Part shown: positions 19,627-30,072 of the stretch, one piece after another
How positions within the stretch are numbered: the first letter of the stretch is position 1
How the letters are laid out: each line of letters starts with the position of its first letter
Assembly: GCA_037137535.1 (NCBI GenBank)
Contig: JBAXKC010000022.1
Span: 1-48,694, forward strand
DNA length: 48,694 nt
DNA from: a bacterium
GTDB lineage: Bacteria; Cyanobacteriota; Vampirovibrionia; Gastranaerophilales; JBAXKC01
Direction: 5' to 3'
Position numbers and translations under genes: made by a program
Notes under the pieces: model-generated
What the model saw: the letters and a program-made list of their open reading frames with translations, nothing else
The model's database searches: none
What the model was told of the DNA's origin: nothing

Positions 19627-20946
19627 ATGCTAAAAAAACCTTCTATCGGACTTATAAATCTTGGATGTGCAAAAAATCTTGTAGATGCTGAGGTAATGCT
19701 TGGGATTCTTAAAGAACACGGATATGAAATTAACCTTGTAGATAATGAAGCAGATATTTTAATTGTAAATACCTGCTCATTTATTAAAGATGCTGAAAAA
19801 GAATCAGTAAGAGCAATTGTTGAAATAGCAGAAGCGGGTAAAAAACTCGTTATTTCAGGCTGTCTTGCTCAAAAATATAAATCAGAATTAATGGATGCTG
19901 TCCCAGAAGCTCTTGCTTTTGTGGGAACAGGTGATATTGGCAAAATAGCTCAAATTGTTGATAGTTTAATCACTAACAATAAAAAAGATGCAATCTTTGA
20001 AATAACTGATAATCCTGTATATTTGCCTGATTTCAATACTCCGAGACACCAAATAACAATGGGGCCGTTTTCTTATATAAAAATAGCCGAAGGTTGTGAT
20101 TATAAGTGTGGTTACTGCGTAATTCCCGCATTAAGAGGACATTACAGAAGCAGAACGATAGAATCTATAGTAAAAGAAGCTAGAGCTTTAGGCAAAAAAG
20201 GCGTTCAAGAAATTGTTCTTATTGCTCAAGATACTTCAAGTTACGGAAAAGACATTTATGGCAAGACTTCATTAGCCGTATTGCTTGAAAAACTCAATGA
20301 TGTCGAAGAAATTTCGTGGATAAGAGTAATGTACGCATTTCCTTCGCTTATTAATAATGATGTCATTAAAGCAATGGCTACGCTTGAAAAGGTTGTTAAA
20401 TATGTTGATATTCCTTTACAGCACAGCCATCCAGAAATGTTAAAGCTTATGCTCCGTCCTGCAATGAATAATTCTGATGTAATAAATAAATTGCGTGATA
20501 ATATTCCTGATGTTGCTATCAGAACAGCTTTTATAGTCGGTTATCCTGGTGAAACAGAAGAACACTATGAGCATTTATATAATTTTATTGCGGAACATCG
20601 TTTTGAAAAGTTAGGTGTTTTTGAATATTCAAAAGAGAAAAACACTTATTCATACGGATTAAAACCTCATATTCTTGCTAAAGTCAAAAAGCAAAGAAGA
20701 AAAGAACTTATGATTCTTCAACAGAATATATCAACAGAGCTTCACCAAGGTCTTGTAGGTAAAGAAGTTCTGTCAATTGTTGAAACTATCGATCAAAACG
20801 GTAAAATAATAGGAAGAACATACAGAGATGCTCCTGAAATTGATGGTTTAATCTATATTAAGTCCAAGCAGGACTTATTACCAGGTGATATTGTAAATGT
20901 GAAAATCACTAAGGGTTCTGCTTATGATTTGTATGGTAGTTGCTAG
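19627..20946 (+). CDS. rimO: Ribosomal protein S12 methylthiotransferase
   Basis: LGCAKNLVDAE, VNTCSFI, KIAEGCDYKCGYCVIP, DAPEIDG TRAM region. Confidence 0.93.
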   Translation: MLKKPSIGLINLGCAKNLVDAEVMLGILKEHGYEINLVDNEADILIVNTCSFIKDAEKESVRAIVEIAEAGKKLVISGCLAQKYKSELMDAVPEALAFVGTGDIGKIAQIVDSLITNNKKDAIFEITDNPVYLPDFNTPRHQITMGPFSYIKIAEGCDYKCGYCVIPALRGHYRSRTIESIVKEARALGKKGVQEIVLIAQDTSSYGKDIYGKTSLAVLLEKLNDVEEISWIRVMYAFPSLINNDVIKAMATLEKVVKYVDIPLQHSHPEMLKLMLRPAMNNSDVINKLRDNIPDVAIRTAFIVGYPGETEEHYEHLYNFIAEHRFEKLGVFEYSKEKNTYSYGLKPHILAKVKKQRRKELMILQQNISTELHQGLVGKEVLSIVETIDQNGKIIGRTYRDAPEIDGLIYIKSKQDLLPGDIVNVKITKGSAYDLYGSC

Positions 20947-20954
20947 ATTTAATT

Positions 20955-21186
20955 TTATACTCTGTCAAATCAAGTTATGAATAATTAATTATTGTGTTTA
21001 GACATTTATAAGCCCCCCTGAGCGATTTGCATCTTTTCTCAAGAAGGGTTTTGTATAAAATAACTCAAAGAGCAAGAAAAGAAGCCCAAGCGGTCAGAGT
21101 TGTAAGGTTTTTGTTTTTGCTCGTGATTAACCTATTCGATAACTACTTAAAGATGTTCTTTCAATGATTTTATTTGAGAGTGTTAA
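20955..21186 (+). repeat. Dispersed MITE-like repeat, copy A
   Basis: Core 21012-21121 aligns with the reverse complement of 33314-33426; begins TTATACT like copy B. Confidence 0.7.
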
Positions 21187-21262
21187 AATATATCCTACAA
21201 AAATAGCTTAGTTTTTTTTTAATCTTAAATTAAAATAGAGTAATAAAACGCAGGCGAAAAAA

Positions 21263-22354
21263 TTGAAAGAAAAAAAAGACTATTACAAAATACTTGGAGT
21301 TAATCCAAATGCTGATGTGCAGGATATAAAATCCGCATATCGTTCGCTTGCGAGAAAATATCACCCCGATGTAAACCCTGGGAATAAAGTTTCTGAACAA
21401 AAATTTAAAGATATTGGCGAAGCCTATGATATTCTTAGTGATAAAGTTAAAAGAAAACAGTTTGATATTTTAAACGGGTATTATAGAACTGCTGAAAAAA
21501 CTATAAATCAAGAGCAGCAAAAGAAAAAACAGACGGAAGAAGCCTATACAAAAGCAGAGGAAAAGAAAACCGACTCAAAACAGGAAAATTACTCTAAAGA
21601 CGGTAAAAAAACTTTTAACGATGTCTTTAATGATTTTGTTGACGGAGTTTTTAAAACACCTCCGACTCAGCAGGAAGAAACTGTTAAAAAAGCAACTTAC
21701 AATGCTCCACCTCCGAAAAAAGGCGAAGATATTACAGCAGATGTAATTATAACTTTACCCGAAGCGCATAATGGCACTGTTCGCAAGGTAAATATACTTC
21801 ATACGGAAACTTGTAATCAATGCAAAGGAAAGCGAATTGTAAACGGTTCACAATGTATCGTTTGTCAAGGAAAAGGCGAAGTATCCACGCATAAAAAAGT
21901 AAATGTAAGAATTCCTTCTAATGTGAAAGAAGGTTCAAAAATTCGCATACCAAAAGAAGGTAATCGTGGTATAAATGGCGGAGATAGAGGAGATTTATTT
22001 CTTGTTGTTCATATTCAGAAACATTCTTTATTCAATGTTGACGGCTTGACTGTAACCTGTGAAATACCAATTACTCCTTATGAAGCGGCATTAGGTGCAG
22101 AGATTAATGTGCCTACAATAGAAGGTCATGTTAATATGAAAATACCGCCTGAAACTTCATCGGGGCAAAAGTTTAGACTTTCAAACGAAGGAATTACTGA
22201 TCCTAAAACCAATAAAAAAGGCGATCAGCTTATAACTGTTAAAATTGAAATCCCTAAAAACCTTACACCAAAAGAAAAAGAACTATACGCAGAACTTGCA
22301 AAAGTTAGAAAATATAATCCGAGAGAAAGTTTATTATATGACAAACCACGCTAA
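21263..22354 (+). CDS. DnaJ-class co-chaperone with a reduced zinc finger
   Basis: J-domain with HPD; only two CxxCxG repeats (CNQCKG, CIVCQGKG); DnaJ C-terminal domain. Confidence 0.88.
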   Translation: MKEKKDYYKILGVNPNADVQDIKSAYRSLARKYHPDVNPGNKVSEQKFKDIGEAYDILSDKVKRKQFDILNGYYRTAEKTINQEQQKKKQTEEAYTKAEEKKTDSKQENYSKDGKKTFNDVFNDFVDGVFKTPPTQQEETVKKATYNAPPPKKGEDITADVIITLPEAHNGTVRKVNILHTETCNQCKGKRIVNGSQCIVCQGKGEVSTHKKVNVRIPSNVKEGSKIRIPKEGNRGINGGDRGDLFLVVHIQKHSLFNVDGLTVTCEIPITPYEAALGAEINVPTIEGHVNMKIPPETSSGQKFRLSNEGITDPKTNKKGDQLITVKIEIPKNLTPKEKELYAELAKVRKYNPRESLLYDKPR

Positions 22355-23081
22355 TTTAGTTGAAATATTCTCTTCAATTCAGGGAGAAGGTCCTTATATT
22401 GGTATTAAACAGCTTTTTATAAGGTTTTCGGGATGTAATTTAAAGTGTAATTACTGCGATACTGCCTTTATTGCAGATAGCAATTGTAATGTTTTTTATG
22501 ACGAAAATCCGACTTTATATAAAAATCCAATTAATATTGATGCACTTATAAAAATTGCGGATAAATTTTTGAGTAAAGTAAAACATCACAGCGTGAGTTT
22601 AACAGGTGGAGAGCCTTTATTAGAAAAGGATTTTCTTATTAACTTTTTGCCGATATTTAAAGAGTCTTTTCCAGATGTAAAAGTCTACCTTGAAACAAAT
22701 GGAACTCTTTATGATGAGTTAAAAGAGGTTTTACCTTTTATTGATATAATTTCAGCTGATATAAAACTGCAAAGTTCGACAGATCAACCTTTCCCTTATT
22801 CAGAGCATAAGAACTTTATCGAAACCTCTTTAAACTTTCAAAAAGATATTTTTGTTAAAGCTGTTGTCTCTTCAAAAATTAAAGATGAAGAGATTACTGA
22901 AATTTGTGATTTATTAGACGAAACTGCTCATATTCCGTTGATTTTACAACCTGTATGGTCAGAAAATAAAGAATTAACGCTAAAATCTTCACAATTAGTA
23001 GAAATTCAAGATAAATTTTTAAGCCGTTTAAATGACGTGAGAATTATTCCTCAAACTCATAAATATTTGAATTTATTATAG
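22338..23081 (+). CDS. queE: 7-carboxy-7-deazaguanine synthase
   Basis: EIFSSIQGEG, FIRFSGCNLKCNYCDT, LTGGEPL, LETNGT, PQTHK; start ATG 22338. Confidence 0.88.
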   Translation: MTNHANLVEIFSSIQGEGPYIGIKQLFIRFSGCNLKCNYCDTAFIADSNCNVFYDENPTLYKNPINIDALIKIADKFLSKVKHHSVSLTGGEPLLEKDFLINFLPIFKESFPDVKVYLETNGTLYDELKEVLPFIDIISADIKLQSSTDQPFPYSEHKNFIETSLNFQKDIFVKAVVSSKIKDEEITEICDLLDETAHIPLILQPVWSENKELTLKSSQLVEIQDKFLSRLNDVRIIPQTHKYLNLL

Positions 23082-23129
23082 TTTTTTTTTAATGTAGAAT
23101 AGTCTATTCATTAATGAATAGGTGAAACG

Positions 23130-23339
23130 ATGGAAAAAATTAAAATTTATTTAAACGGTAACGACAAAGAAATTGACAAAGATTCTACCGTTGAACAGGT
23201 GGTTTCTACTTTTGATATGAAAAACCCGATGTTTGTTGTGGAATTAAATCTTAATATTGTTCAAAAAAATGAGTATAGTGCTACTACTTTAAAAGATGGC
23301 GATAAATTAGAAGTAGTAACCTTTTTTGGTGGAGGTTAA
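23130..23339 (+). CDS. thiS: Sulfur carrier protein ThiS
   Basis: 69 aa, ubiquitin-like pattern ending LKDGDKLEVVTFFGGG. Confidence 0.88.
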   Translation: MEKIKIYLNGNDKEIDKDSTVEQVVSTFDMKNPMFVVELNLNIVQKNEYSATTLKDGDKLEVVTFFGGG

Positions 23340-23342
23340 ACA

Positions 23343-24872
23343 ATGAAAACAGTTTATATAGACGGACAATCGTTAACTTTAGAAGATGTGGAATTAGTTG
23401 CAAACAGAAAAGCAAAAGTTGAAATAAATCCAAATTCTGTTGATAAAATAAATAAATCTCGTAAGTTTGTTGATGACGTTATTCAGGGCGATGAGTATGT
23501 TTATGGCATAAATACAGGTTTTGGAGCATTAAGCAGTGTTATTATAGCTAAAGACAAGCTTGAAAGGCTTCAATTAAACTTAGTTCGCAGTCATGCATGC
23601 GGTGTGGGCGATTATTTTGAAGAACCTTCTGCAAGAGCAATTATTCTGCTAAGGGCAAACACTTTAGCGAGAGGCTTTTCAGGCATAAGACTGACAACTT
23701 TAGAGAAAATGTTTGAATTACTCAATAAAGGCGTAACTCCAGCTATTCCAAAACAAGGTTCTGTCGGAGCAAGCGGAGATTTAGCACCTTTAGCTCACCT
23801 TGCAATTGTGCTTGTAGGGGAAGGAAAGGCTTTTTATAACGGCAAACTTCTTTCTGGAGCTGATGCATTAAAAGAAGCTGGAATAGAACCTGTTGTTTTA
23901 GGAGCAAAAGAAGGTCTTGCTTTAACAAACGGCACACAGGCAATGTGTGGAACTGGAGTTTTATCATTACTAAGAGCGGAAAAATTAGCTAAGATTGCTG
24001 ATATTGCAGCAGCTATGTCAGTTGAAGCAATGAAATGCACTTCTTCCGCATTTGATCCACGAATTCAACAGCTTAGAGGACATAAAGGGCAAATTAAAAC
24101 TGCTGATAATCTCTTAAAATTGTTAAATAACAGTAAAATTGCAAAATCTCATGAAAATTGCAATAAAATTCAAGATCCTTATTCAATCAGATGTATTCCA
24201 CAGGTGCATGGTGCTGCGAGGGATGTTTTTGCTTATGTAAGGCAAACTCTTGAAACTGAAATTAACGCTGTTACCGATAATCCGATTATTTTTGCTGATG
24301 ATAATGATGTAATTTCAGGCGGAAACTTCCACGGCCAGCCTGTTGCGTTTGCTATGGATTTTCTTGGAATAGCCTCAAGTGAGCTTGCAAGCATATCAGA
24401 AAGAAGAATTGATAAACTTATTACACCTAATTTCAGCGGTTTACCTGCATTTTTAACGGATGATTTCGGATTAAATTCGGGATTAATGATTGTTCAGTAT
24501 GCTGCCGCTTCATTAGTTAGTGAAAACAAGGTTCTCGCTCATCCTGCAAGTGTAGATTCAATTCCTACATCGCTAGACAAGGAAGACCATGTAAGTATGG
24601 GAACAACAGCAGCAGTTAAAGCTGAAAGAATTTTGAATAATGTCCAAAATGTAATAGCAATAGAACTTTTAGCGGCATTTCAAGGTTTAAGCTTTCATGA
24701 AGCTCTTGATCCTGGTGAAGGCGTTCTTGAGGCATATAGACATCTTGAGAATTATGTCCCTAAAATTACTGAAGACAGAGTCTTTTCCTATGATATTAAA
24801 AATATCTATGATGTAATCTCTTCGGGAACTATTCTTGAAACAGTTGAAAACTGCGTAGGTAAATTATATTAA
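23343..24872 (+). CDS. hutH: Histidine ammonia-lyase
   Basis: YGINTGFG, RSHACG, MIO motif GASGDLAPL, QDPYSIRC, GGNFHG, EDHVSMG. Confidence 0.95.
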   Translation: MKTVYIDGQSLTLEDVELVANRKAKVEINPNSVDKINKSRKFVDDVIQGDEYVYGINTGFGALSSVIIAKDKLERLQLNLVRSHACGVGDYFEEPSARAIILLRANTLARGFSGIRLTTLEKMFELLNKGVTPAIPKQGSVGASGDLAPLAHLAIVLVGEGKAFYNGKLLSGADALKEAGIEPVVLGAKEGLALTNGTQAMCGTGVLSLLRAEKLAKIADIAAAMSVEAMKCTSSAFDPRIQQLRGHKGQIKTADNLLKLLNNSKIAKSHENCNKIQDPYSIRCIPQVHGAARDVFAYVRQTLETEINAVTDNPIIFADDNDVISGGNFHGQPVAFAMDFLGIASSELASISERRIDKLITPNFSGLPAFLTDDFGLNSGLMIVQYAAASLVSENKVLAHPASVDSIPTSLDKEDHVSMGTTAAVKAERILNNVQNVIAIELLAAFQGLSFHEALDPGEGVLEAYRHLENYVPKITEDRVFSYDIKNIYDVISSGTILETVENCVGKLY

Positions 24873-24882
24873 TCATAACAAT

Positions 24883-24924
24883 TCGCAGCGAGTTTTTAAG
24901 GCAAAAAAAAACTCGCTTCTGCGA
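24883..24924. terminator. Hairpin after hutH
   Basis: TCGCAGCGAGTTTTT / AAAAACTCGCTTCTGCGA bulged stem. Confidence 0.5.
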
Positions 24925-25169
24925 GTTAATTTGAGGATAGAATTTAACAATTACGGAGTTTATAGAGGAGTTTGTAATATTATAAAAACAAAATAAAGCT
25001 GTTAATTGCTTTATCCCCTGGCGTTTATTAAGTTTTCGTAACAATAAGTTTGTACTATTATTATAAGTATATATTTTGATTGATATAACTATACTTTATT
25101 AAAGTTATTCATTTTTTTTTAAATCTGTCTTATAATTTCAATATAGTTAAATGTTTGGAGGTTTTCACC

Positions 25170-25457
25170 TTGAACTCTAAAATTACAATATGCTTGTTAG
25201 CATTACTTTCAGTTCTTGTCTTCGGCACAAAAGTTTATGCCGTTAGTACATCTGATAATAACGATCCTACCTATTTATATAATTGTGGATATTCGAAAGA
25301 AACTATTAGGATTCTTGAAGATGAAAAAGTCAGAACTCAAGGCGGAGTTATAAAGCCGAAAAGTCAGATTGTCAGATATGTAAGAGGTTTATTCTTTGAA
25401 CCGGATTTTACAGAACATAATCAGTATTTTGGCAGAAGAAAAATAAGATCTAAATAA
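25170..25457 (+). CDS. Hypothetical exported small protein
   Basis: GGAGG SD before TTG 25170; signal-peptide-like N-terminus. Confidence 0.65.
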   Translation: MNSKITICLLALLSVLVFGTKVYAVSTSDNNDPTYLYNCGYSKETIRILEDEKVRTQGGVIKPKSQIVRYVRGLFFEPDFTEHNQYFGRRKIRSK

Positions 25458-25478
25458 GTTTTAAAATAAAATTTAAAA

Positions 25479-25514
25479 ATAAGCCAATGATTTTTGTTTA
25501 AGTCATTGGCTTAT
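25479..25514. terminator. Bidirectional terminator
   Basis: ATAAGCCAATGA / TCATTGGCTTAT between convergent ORFs. Confidence 0.65.
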
Positions 25515-25524
25515 ACTTTAATTT

Positions 25525-25764
25525 TCAATTGTTTTTAGGTGTAATATATTTAAGAGAATGAGTTCCTTTTTCTGAAATATTATAATTTGAAGCGGATGTT
25601 TTATAATTTAATTTGTTTAAGTCTTTTGAAGAAAAAACAAGTTTATTTGTAGGCAGGTTATGGATATTTTTTGATAAACCTTGATTTTCTGAACATAAAC
25701 CGTATTGAACCAAAAAAGTAAAACTGCTTAAAAGACTTATTGATAAAAAAAGATTCTTAATCAT
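25525..25764 (-). CDS. Hypothetical small exported protein
   Basis: AAGGA SD, 79 aa, hydrophobic N-terminus. Confidence 0.5.
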   Translation of the reverse strand: MIKNLFLSISLLSSFTFLVQYGLCSENQGLSKNIHNLPTNKLVFSSKDLNKLNYKTSASNYNISEKGTHSLKYITPKNN

Positions 25765-25965
25765 ACTTTATTATCCTTTTTTTTAATAGTTAATTCAGAT
25801 TTATAATTTTAATACCCTTATTTGAATTATAGCCTATGTATTATAATTTATCTATTTTTCAAAATTTATATAATATTGCCCACCGTAATAATACTATATG
25901 GCTTTTAAAACTTAGTAATGCATTATAATATACAAAAGCGATTAAACTTTGATTGGAATTAAAAC

Positions 25966-28389
25966 ATGAGTGAAAAAGTTCTTGAACTATCTATATCAGG
26001 GATGAGCTGTGCCAGTTGCGTAACGCATATTACCCAAAAATTAAAGTCTTTAAATGGAATTAATTATATAAATATAAATTTTGTTAGTTCAAAAGCAACC
26101 ATAAAATTTTATGATGAATTAATCTCTGTCGGCACAATTATAAATGCCTTGAATAATACGGGATATAAGGCTGAATTAGCGCATTTGGAATTATTTATTT
26201 CTGATATAAGTTGTGCTTCTTGTATTGCTAAAATTGAATTCACATTAAAATATGTATTTGGCATTACTAATTTTAATGTGAATCTCGCTACTAAAAAAGC
26301 AATTATTGAATATATTCCTGAAATTTTGTCAGCACAAGAAATAAAAAAAATAATAACTAAAAGTGGCTTTCATCCTGAATATATTCAAAGTAATTCAGAT
26401 TATGAGAGAGAAAAATACGAAAAAAAAGAATATGAAGAGCAAAAGAAAAAATTAATAGTAAGTTTACTTTTTTCCATTCCAATTTTAATCATAAGTATGC
26501 TTATGATTAATTTTCCTTTTAAAAACGTAGTTTTGTTATTTTTATCGCTACCTGTCATATTTTGGGCGGGAATACAATTTTATATCGGTGCTTATAAAGC
26601 ATTTATAAATAAATCGGCTAATATGAATACGCTAATTGCTGTTGGTACGGGTTCAGCCTTTATTTACAGTTTTATTGCTACTGTTTTCCCGTATTTATTT
26701 GTAAAAACAGGAAATAATGTAGAAGTTTATTATGAAGTTGCTACGGTTATAATAACTCTTATAATTATGGGAAGAATGCTCGAAGCAAAAGCAAAAGGGC
26801 AGACTTCTCAATCAATCAGAAGACTTTTGGGCTTACAACCTAAGACTGCCAGAGTTATTTATGATGACAAAGAGTCAGATGTACTAATTGAAGACTTAAA
26901 AGTCAATGATATTATTTTGGTAAAACCCGGTGAAAAAATACCTGTAGACGGTGAAATAATTGAAGGTTTATCTTCGGTGGATGAATCTATGATTACAGGA
27001 GAAAGTTTTCCTGTTGATAAAAAACTTGGAGATTCTATAATTGGAGCCACTATAAATAAAACAGGAAGTTTTAAGTTTAAAGCTACAAAGATAGGTAAAG
27101 ATACTGTTTTACAACAAATTATAATACTTGTAGAGCAAGCTCAAGGATCTAAGGCGCCTATTCAAAGACTTGCTGATATTATCAGCGGTTATTTTGTGCC
27201 TGTAGTTATAACACTCGCTGTGTTAACTTTCATAGCATGGCTTTTATTCTCTAATGATGCTAATAAATTTCATTATGCATTAATGGCCTTTGTTTCTGTG
27301 CTGATTATTGCGTGTCCATGTGCTTTAGGGCTTGCTACTCCGACTGCAATTATGGTTAGTACTGGTATTGCGGCCGAGAATGGTATTTTAATAAAAAGTG
27401 GAGCAAGTCTTGAAATTGCTCATAAAATTAAAACTGTAATAATTGATAAAACCGGAACAATAACGACAGGTCATCCTCAAGTTACTGATATTATTACAAA
27501 TATGGATAAAAATAAGTTTTTATTATATGCTGCATCAGCGGAAAAAGTATCAGAACATCCGTTAGCAAATGCCATTGTCACTGAGGCTTTAAATAAGGGA
27601 TTAAACCTATTATCAGCTCAGCACTTTCAGTCTTATACAGGTAATGGAGTTATTGCAAAAATCGGTGAAAATGAAATTCTTATTGGAAATAAAAAGTTAA
27701 TTGAAGATAATAACATTCCTATAATATATGCAGAGGAAGAGCATAATCTTTCAAATCAAGGTAAAACAGTTGTATTTGTTGCTGTTAATCATACAGTAGA
27801 AGGCATAATTGCTTTATCGGATACAATAAAGCCAGATTCTTTATATGCACTTAAGCAGCTGGAGGAAATGGGCATAGAAGTTATTATGGTAACTGGTGAT
27901 CATAGAAATACTGCTGAATATATTGCCGATCAGGTTGGCTTAGAAAGAATAATAGCTAGTGTTTTACCTAAAGATAAGGCTGATATAGTTAAAATAATTC
28001 AAGCTGAAGGAAAAGTGGTTGCTATGGTGGGGGACGGTATAAATGATGCTCCTGCCCTTACTCAGGCCGATATAGGAATTGCAATAGGTACAGGGACTGA
28101 TATAGCAATAGAATCAGCTGATATAACCTTAATAAAAGGTAATTTGACAGGTGTTGTAAAGGCAATAAAACTTTCTAATAATACAATTCGAGTAATAAAG
28201 CAAAATCTGTTTTTCTCATTTTTTTACAATGTTTTAGGCATTCCTATCGCAGCAGGAGCGCTGTATCCAGCTTTTGGGATGTTATTAAGTCCTATGCTTG
28301 CCGCATTTGCTATGGCAGCAAGTTCAATATCCGTTGTCTTTAATAGTTTGAGATTAAAAAGCATTAAGTTTCAAATTAACAAATACTAA
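25966..28389 (+). CDS. copA: Copper-translocating P1B-type ATPase
   Basis: Two HMA domains (GMSCASC, DISCASC), [26 protein letters not shown] and MAASS in the last helices. Confidence 0.93.
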   Translation: MSEKVLELSISGMSCASCVTHITQKLKSLNGINYININFVSSKATIKFYDELISVGTIINALNNTGYKAELAHLELFISDISCASCIAKIEFTLKYVFGITNFNVNLATKKAIIEYIPEILSAQEIKKIITKSGFHPEYIQSNSDYEREKYEKKEYEEQKKKLIVSLLFSIPILIISMLMINFPFKNVVLLFLSLPVIFWAGIQFYIGAYKAFINKSANMNTLIAVGTGSAFIYSFIATVFPYLFVKTGNNVEVYYEVATVIITLIIMGRMLEAKAKGQTSQSIRRLLGLQPKTARVIYDDKESDVLIEDLKVNDIILVKPGEKIPVDGEIIEGLSSVDESMITGESFPVDKKLGDSIIGATINKTGSFKFKATKIGKDTVLQQIIILVEQAQGSKAPIQRLADIISGYFVPVVITLAVLTFIAWLLFSNDANKFHYALMAFVSVLIIACPCALGLATPTAIMVSTGIAAENGILIKSGASLEIAHKIKTVIIDKTGTITTGHPQVTDIITNMDKNKFLLYAASAEKVSEHPLANAIVTEALNKGLNLLSAQHFQSYTGNGVIAKIGENEILIGNKKLIEDNNIPIIYAEEEHNLSNQGKTVVFVAVNHTVEGIIALSDTIKPDSLYALKQLEEMGIEVIMVTGDHRNTAEYIADQVGLERIIASVLPKDKADIVKIIQAEGKVVAMVGDGINDAPALTQADIGIAIGTGTDIAIESADITLIKGNLTGVVKAIKLSNNTIRVIKQNLFFSFFYNVLGIPIAAGALYPAFGMLLSPMLAAFAMAASSISVVFNSLRLKSIKFQINKY

Positions 28390-28413
28390 AGTTTTTTTAT
28401 AATTTGCCGATTA
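28387..28413 (+). promoter_or_regulatory. sigma28-like promoter
   Basis: TAAA-N15-GCCGATTA, 34 bp upstream of ATG 28448. Confidence 0.65.
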
Positions 28414-28447
28414 TATCTTTGTAGATTAAGATTATCGGAAATTAATT

Positions 28448-28993
28448 ATGACTAATGAAACAGCAATAATTACTTTAAAGCCAAAATTTTTATTCTGGCC
28501 GTCATTTTTTGCTAGAATTCCTATCACTATTTTTATAACAATTTGGTCAACTGGTTTTTTTGGAATATTTGGCATGTTTGGATTGATGGGGTTAAAGTCA
28601 GTAATTGGCTTTGAAATACTTCCCCATTGGTTTTCTTTCGTATTTGCTGGTTTTACCGCTTTAGTTTTAAGTCAATTTTATAGTCTTTATATGGATGAAA
28701 AAAATTATGAAAAAACCAGATATTTATTTTATGAAGATGAACTTGTTTATTATGACAGCTATTGGGTTATACAGGAAAAATGTATAAGTTATAAAAATAT
28801 TATTGAAGTAAGCCTGACAAAAGGAATTATTCAACAACAAAATAATCTTGGCACAATAAAACTAAATACCGCTGCCGGTTGTGAGTCGTCAACCTCAGGT
28901 ATTTTGATTAAAGATATTGAAAATCCCGATAAAATCTATAAAACTATAAAAAAACTAATAAATGATAATAAAAATAGTTTTAATAAAGGATAA
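28448..28993 (+). CDS. Membrane protein with a bacterial PH-like (bPH_2/YdbS-like) domain
   Basis: Two TM segments, then Y..Y....V......I...E..ISY.NI.EV....G..Q...NLGTI.L.TA pattern. Confidence 0.75.
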   Translation: MTNETAIITLKPKFLFWPSFFARIPITIFITIWSTGFFGIFGMFGLMGLKSVIGFEILPHWFSFVFAGFTALVLSQFYSLYMDEKNYEKTRYLFYEDELVYYDSYWVIQEKCISYKNIIEVSLTKGIIQQQNNLGTIKLNTAAGCESSTSGILIKDIENPDKIYKTIKKLINDNKNSFNKG

Positions 28994-28996
28994 TTA

Positions 28997-29554
28997 ATGA
29001 GTTATTCACCTCTAAATGAAGAATATGATGAAAAAGAGCCTGTTATGATTGTAAAACCAATTACTTCTATAAATAGTTTAAAAAGTAATAGTACTTACAA
29101 TGCTCTTAAAATGTTTGTGGCGATTTTTGCTGCTATTTCTATCGGAATAATATTAGTAGTTAGTTCTAACTTTTTTATGTTATTTGTAGTAATGTTTCTG
29201 ACTCATCAAGTTGTGAGAATTAATGATTTTATGTTGTTTGCTGTGGTTTTTGTGTTTTTATTAGTAGTTTTGCCTATTATTATTGATTATTTGGTTATAA
29301 ATTATTTAAAAAACACAAAATATCTTATTTATGACGATAAAATTACGCATAAATCATTTTTTCCTGTATATAGCGAAAGTGATATATATTTTAAGAATAT
29401 TCTTGAAGTTGGAAGTTATCAAGGTTTGAACGAAGCGCAAAAAGATATAGGTTCAATATTTCTTTCAGCAAAAAGAGGTGGTGCAATATTGTGCTTTATA
29501 CCAAACTTTAAAGAAGTTCAAGCTTTATTAAAGAAAGTTTCAAAAAGTAAGTGA
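28997..29554 (+). CDS. Membrane protein, paralog of the upstream PH-like gene
   Basis: Same layout: TM segments, TKYLIYDD, IYFKNILEV, IGSIFL. Confidence 0.7.
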   Translation: MSYSPLNEEYDEKEPVMIVKPITSINSLKSNSTYNALKMFVAIFAAISIGIILVVSSNFFMLFVVMFLTHQVVRINDFMLFAVVFVFLLVVLPIIIDYLVINYLKNTKYLIYDDKITHKSFFPVYSESDIYFKNILEVGSYQGLNEAQKDIGSIFLSAKRGGAILCFIPNFKEVQALLKKVSKSK

Positions 29555-29561
29555 TAAATTT

Positions 29562-30065
29562 TTACAATAACCCTTTAAAAAAAGAAAATATTTTATCGGA
29601 TAATGTATGAATTAAAGTACCTGTAAAAACTCCTGCTGTCAGAGGAATAAAGTAAAAACTCATGTTTTGTTTTAAAAAGATATTTAGACTTTTTAGAAAA
29701 TAGGGCAAAATACTTATATTGTAATTATATTCAATAAAAAAGCAAAACGAAAAATATAAAAATGCTATAACCGCAATAATATAGGCTATTTTAAACACAG
29801 GCCCAAAGATTAATCCATGAGAAAATCTTGAACGGTGTTTAAAAATTAATCTATATGGTAACCATAAGAATTTAAGTAACCCCCAACGCTTGTGTTGAGA
29901 ACTCTTTACATCTAAGTCTGGACTTAACATGAATTGAGAAAAAAAACTTGATATTCCATAAAGATACATTGGTTTTGTATTTATACCAAAAAGTTTAATA
30001 GCTATAAAGATTATAGGTATTATTGAGATTATTGCTATTTTGTCATGAGTTTTTCCTGATGGCAT
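29562..30065 (-). CDS. Putative metal-binding membrane protein (DUF2227-like)
   Basis: MPSGKTHD, LSPDLD, RWG.L...W.PY..IF.HRS..SHG, H..SD. Confidence 0.85.
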   Translation of the reverse strand: MPSGKTHDKIAIISIIPIIFIAIKLFGINTKPMYLYGISSFFSQFMLSPDLDVKSSQHKRWGLLKFLWLPYRLIFKHRSRFSHGLIFGPVFKIAYIIAVIAFLYFSFCFFIEYNYNISILPYFLKSLNIFLKQNMSFYFIPLTAGVFTGTLIHTLSDKIFSFFKGLL

Positions 30066-30072
30066 TTTATAC

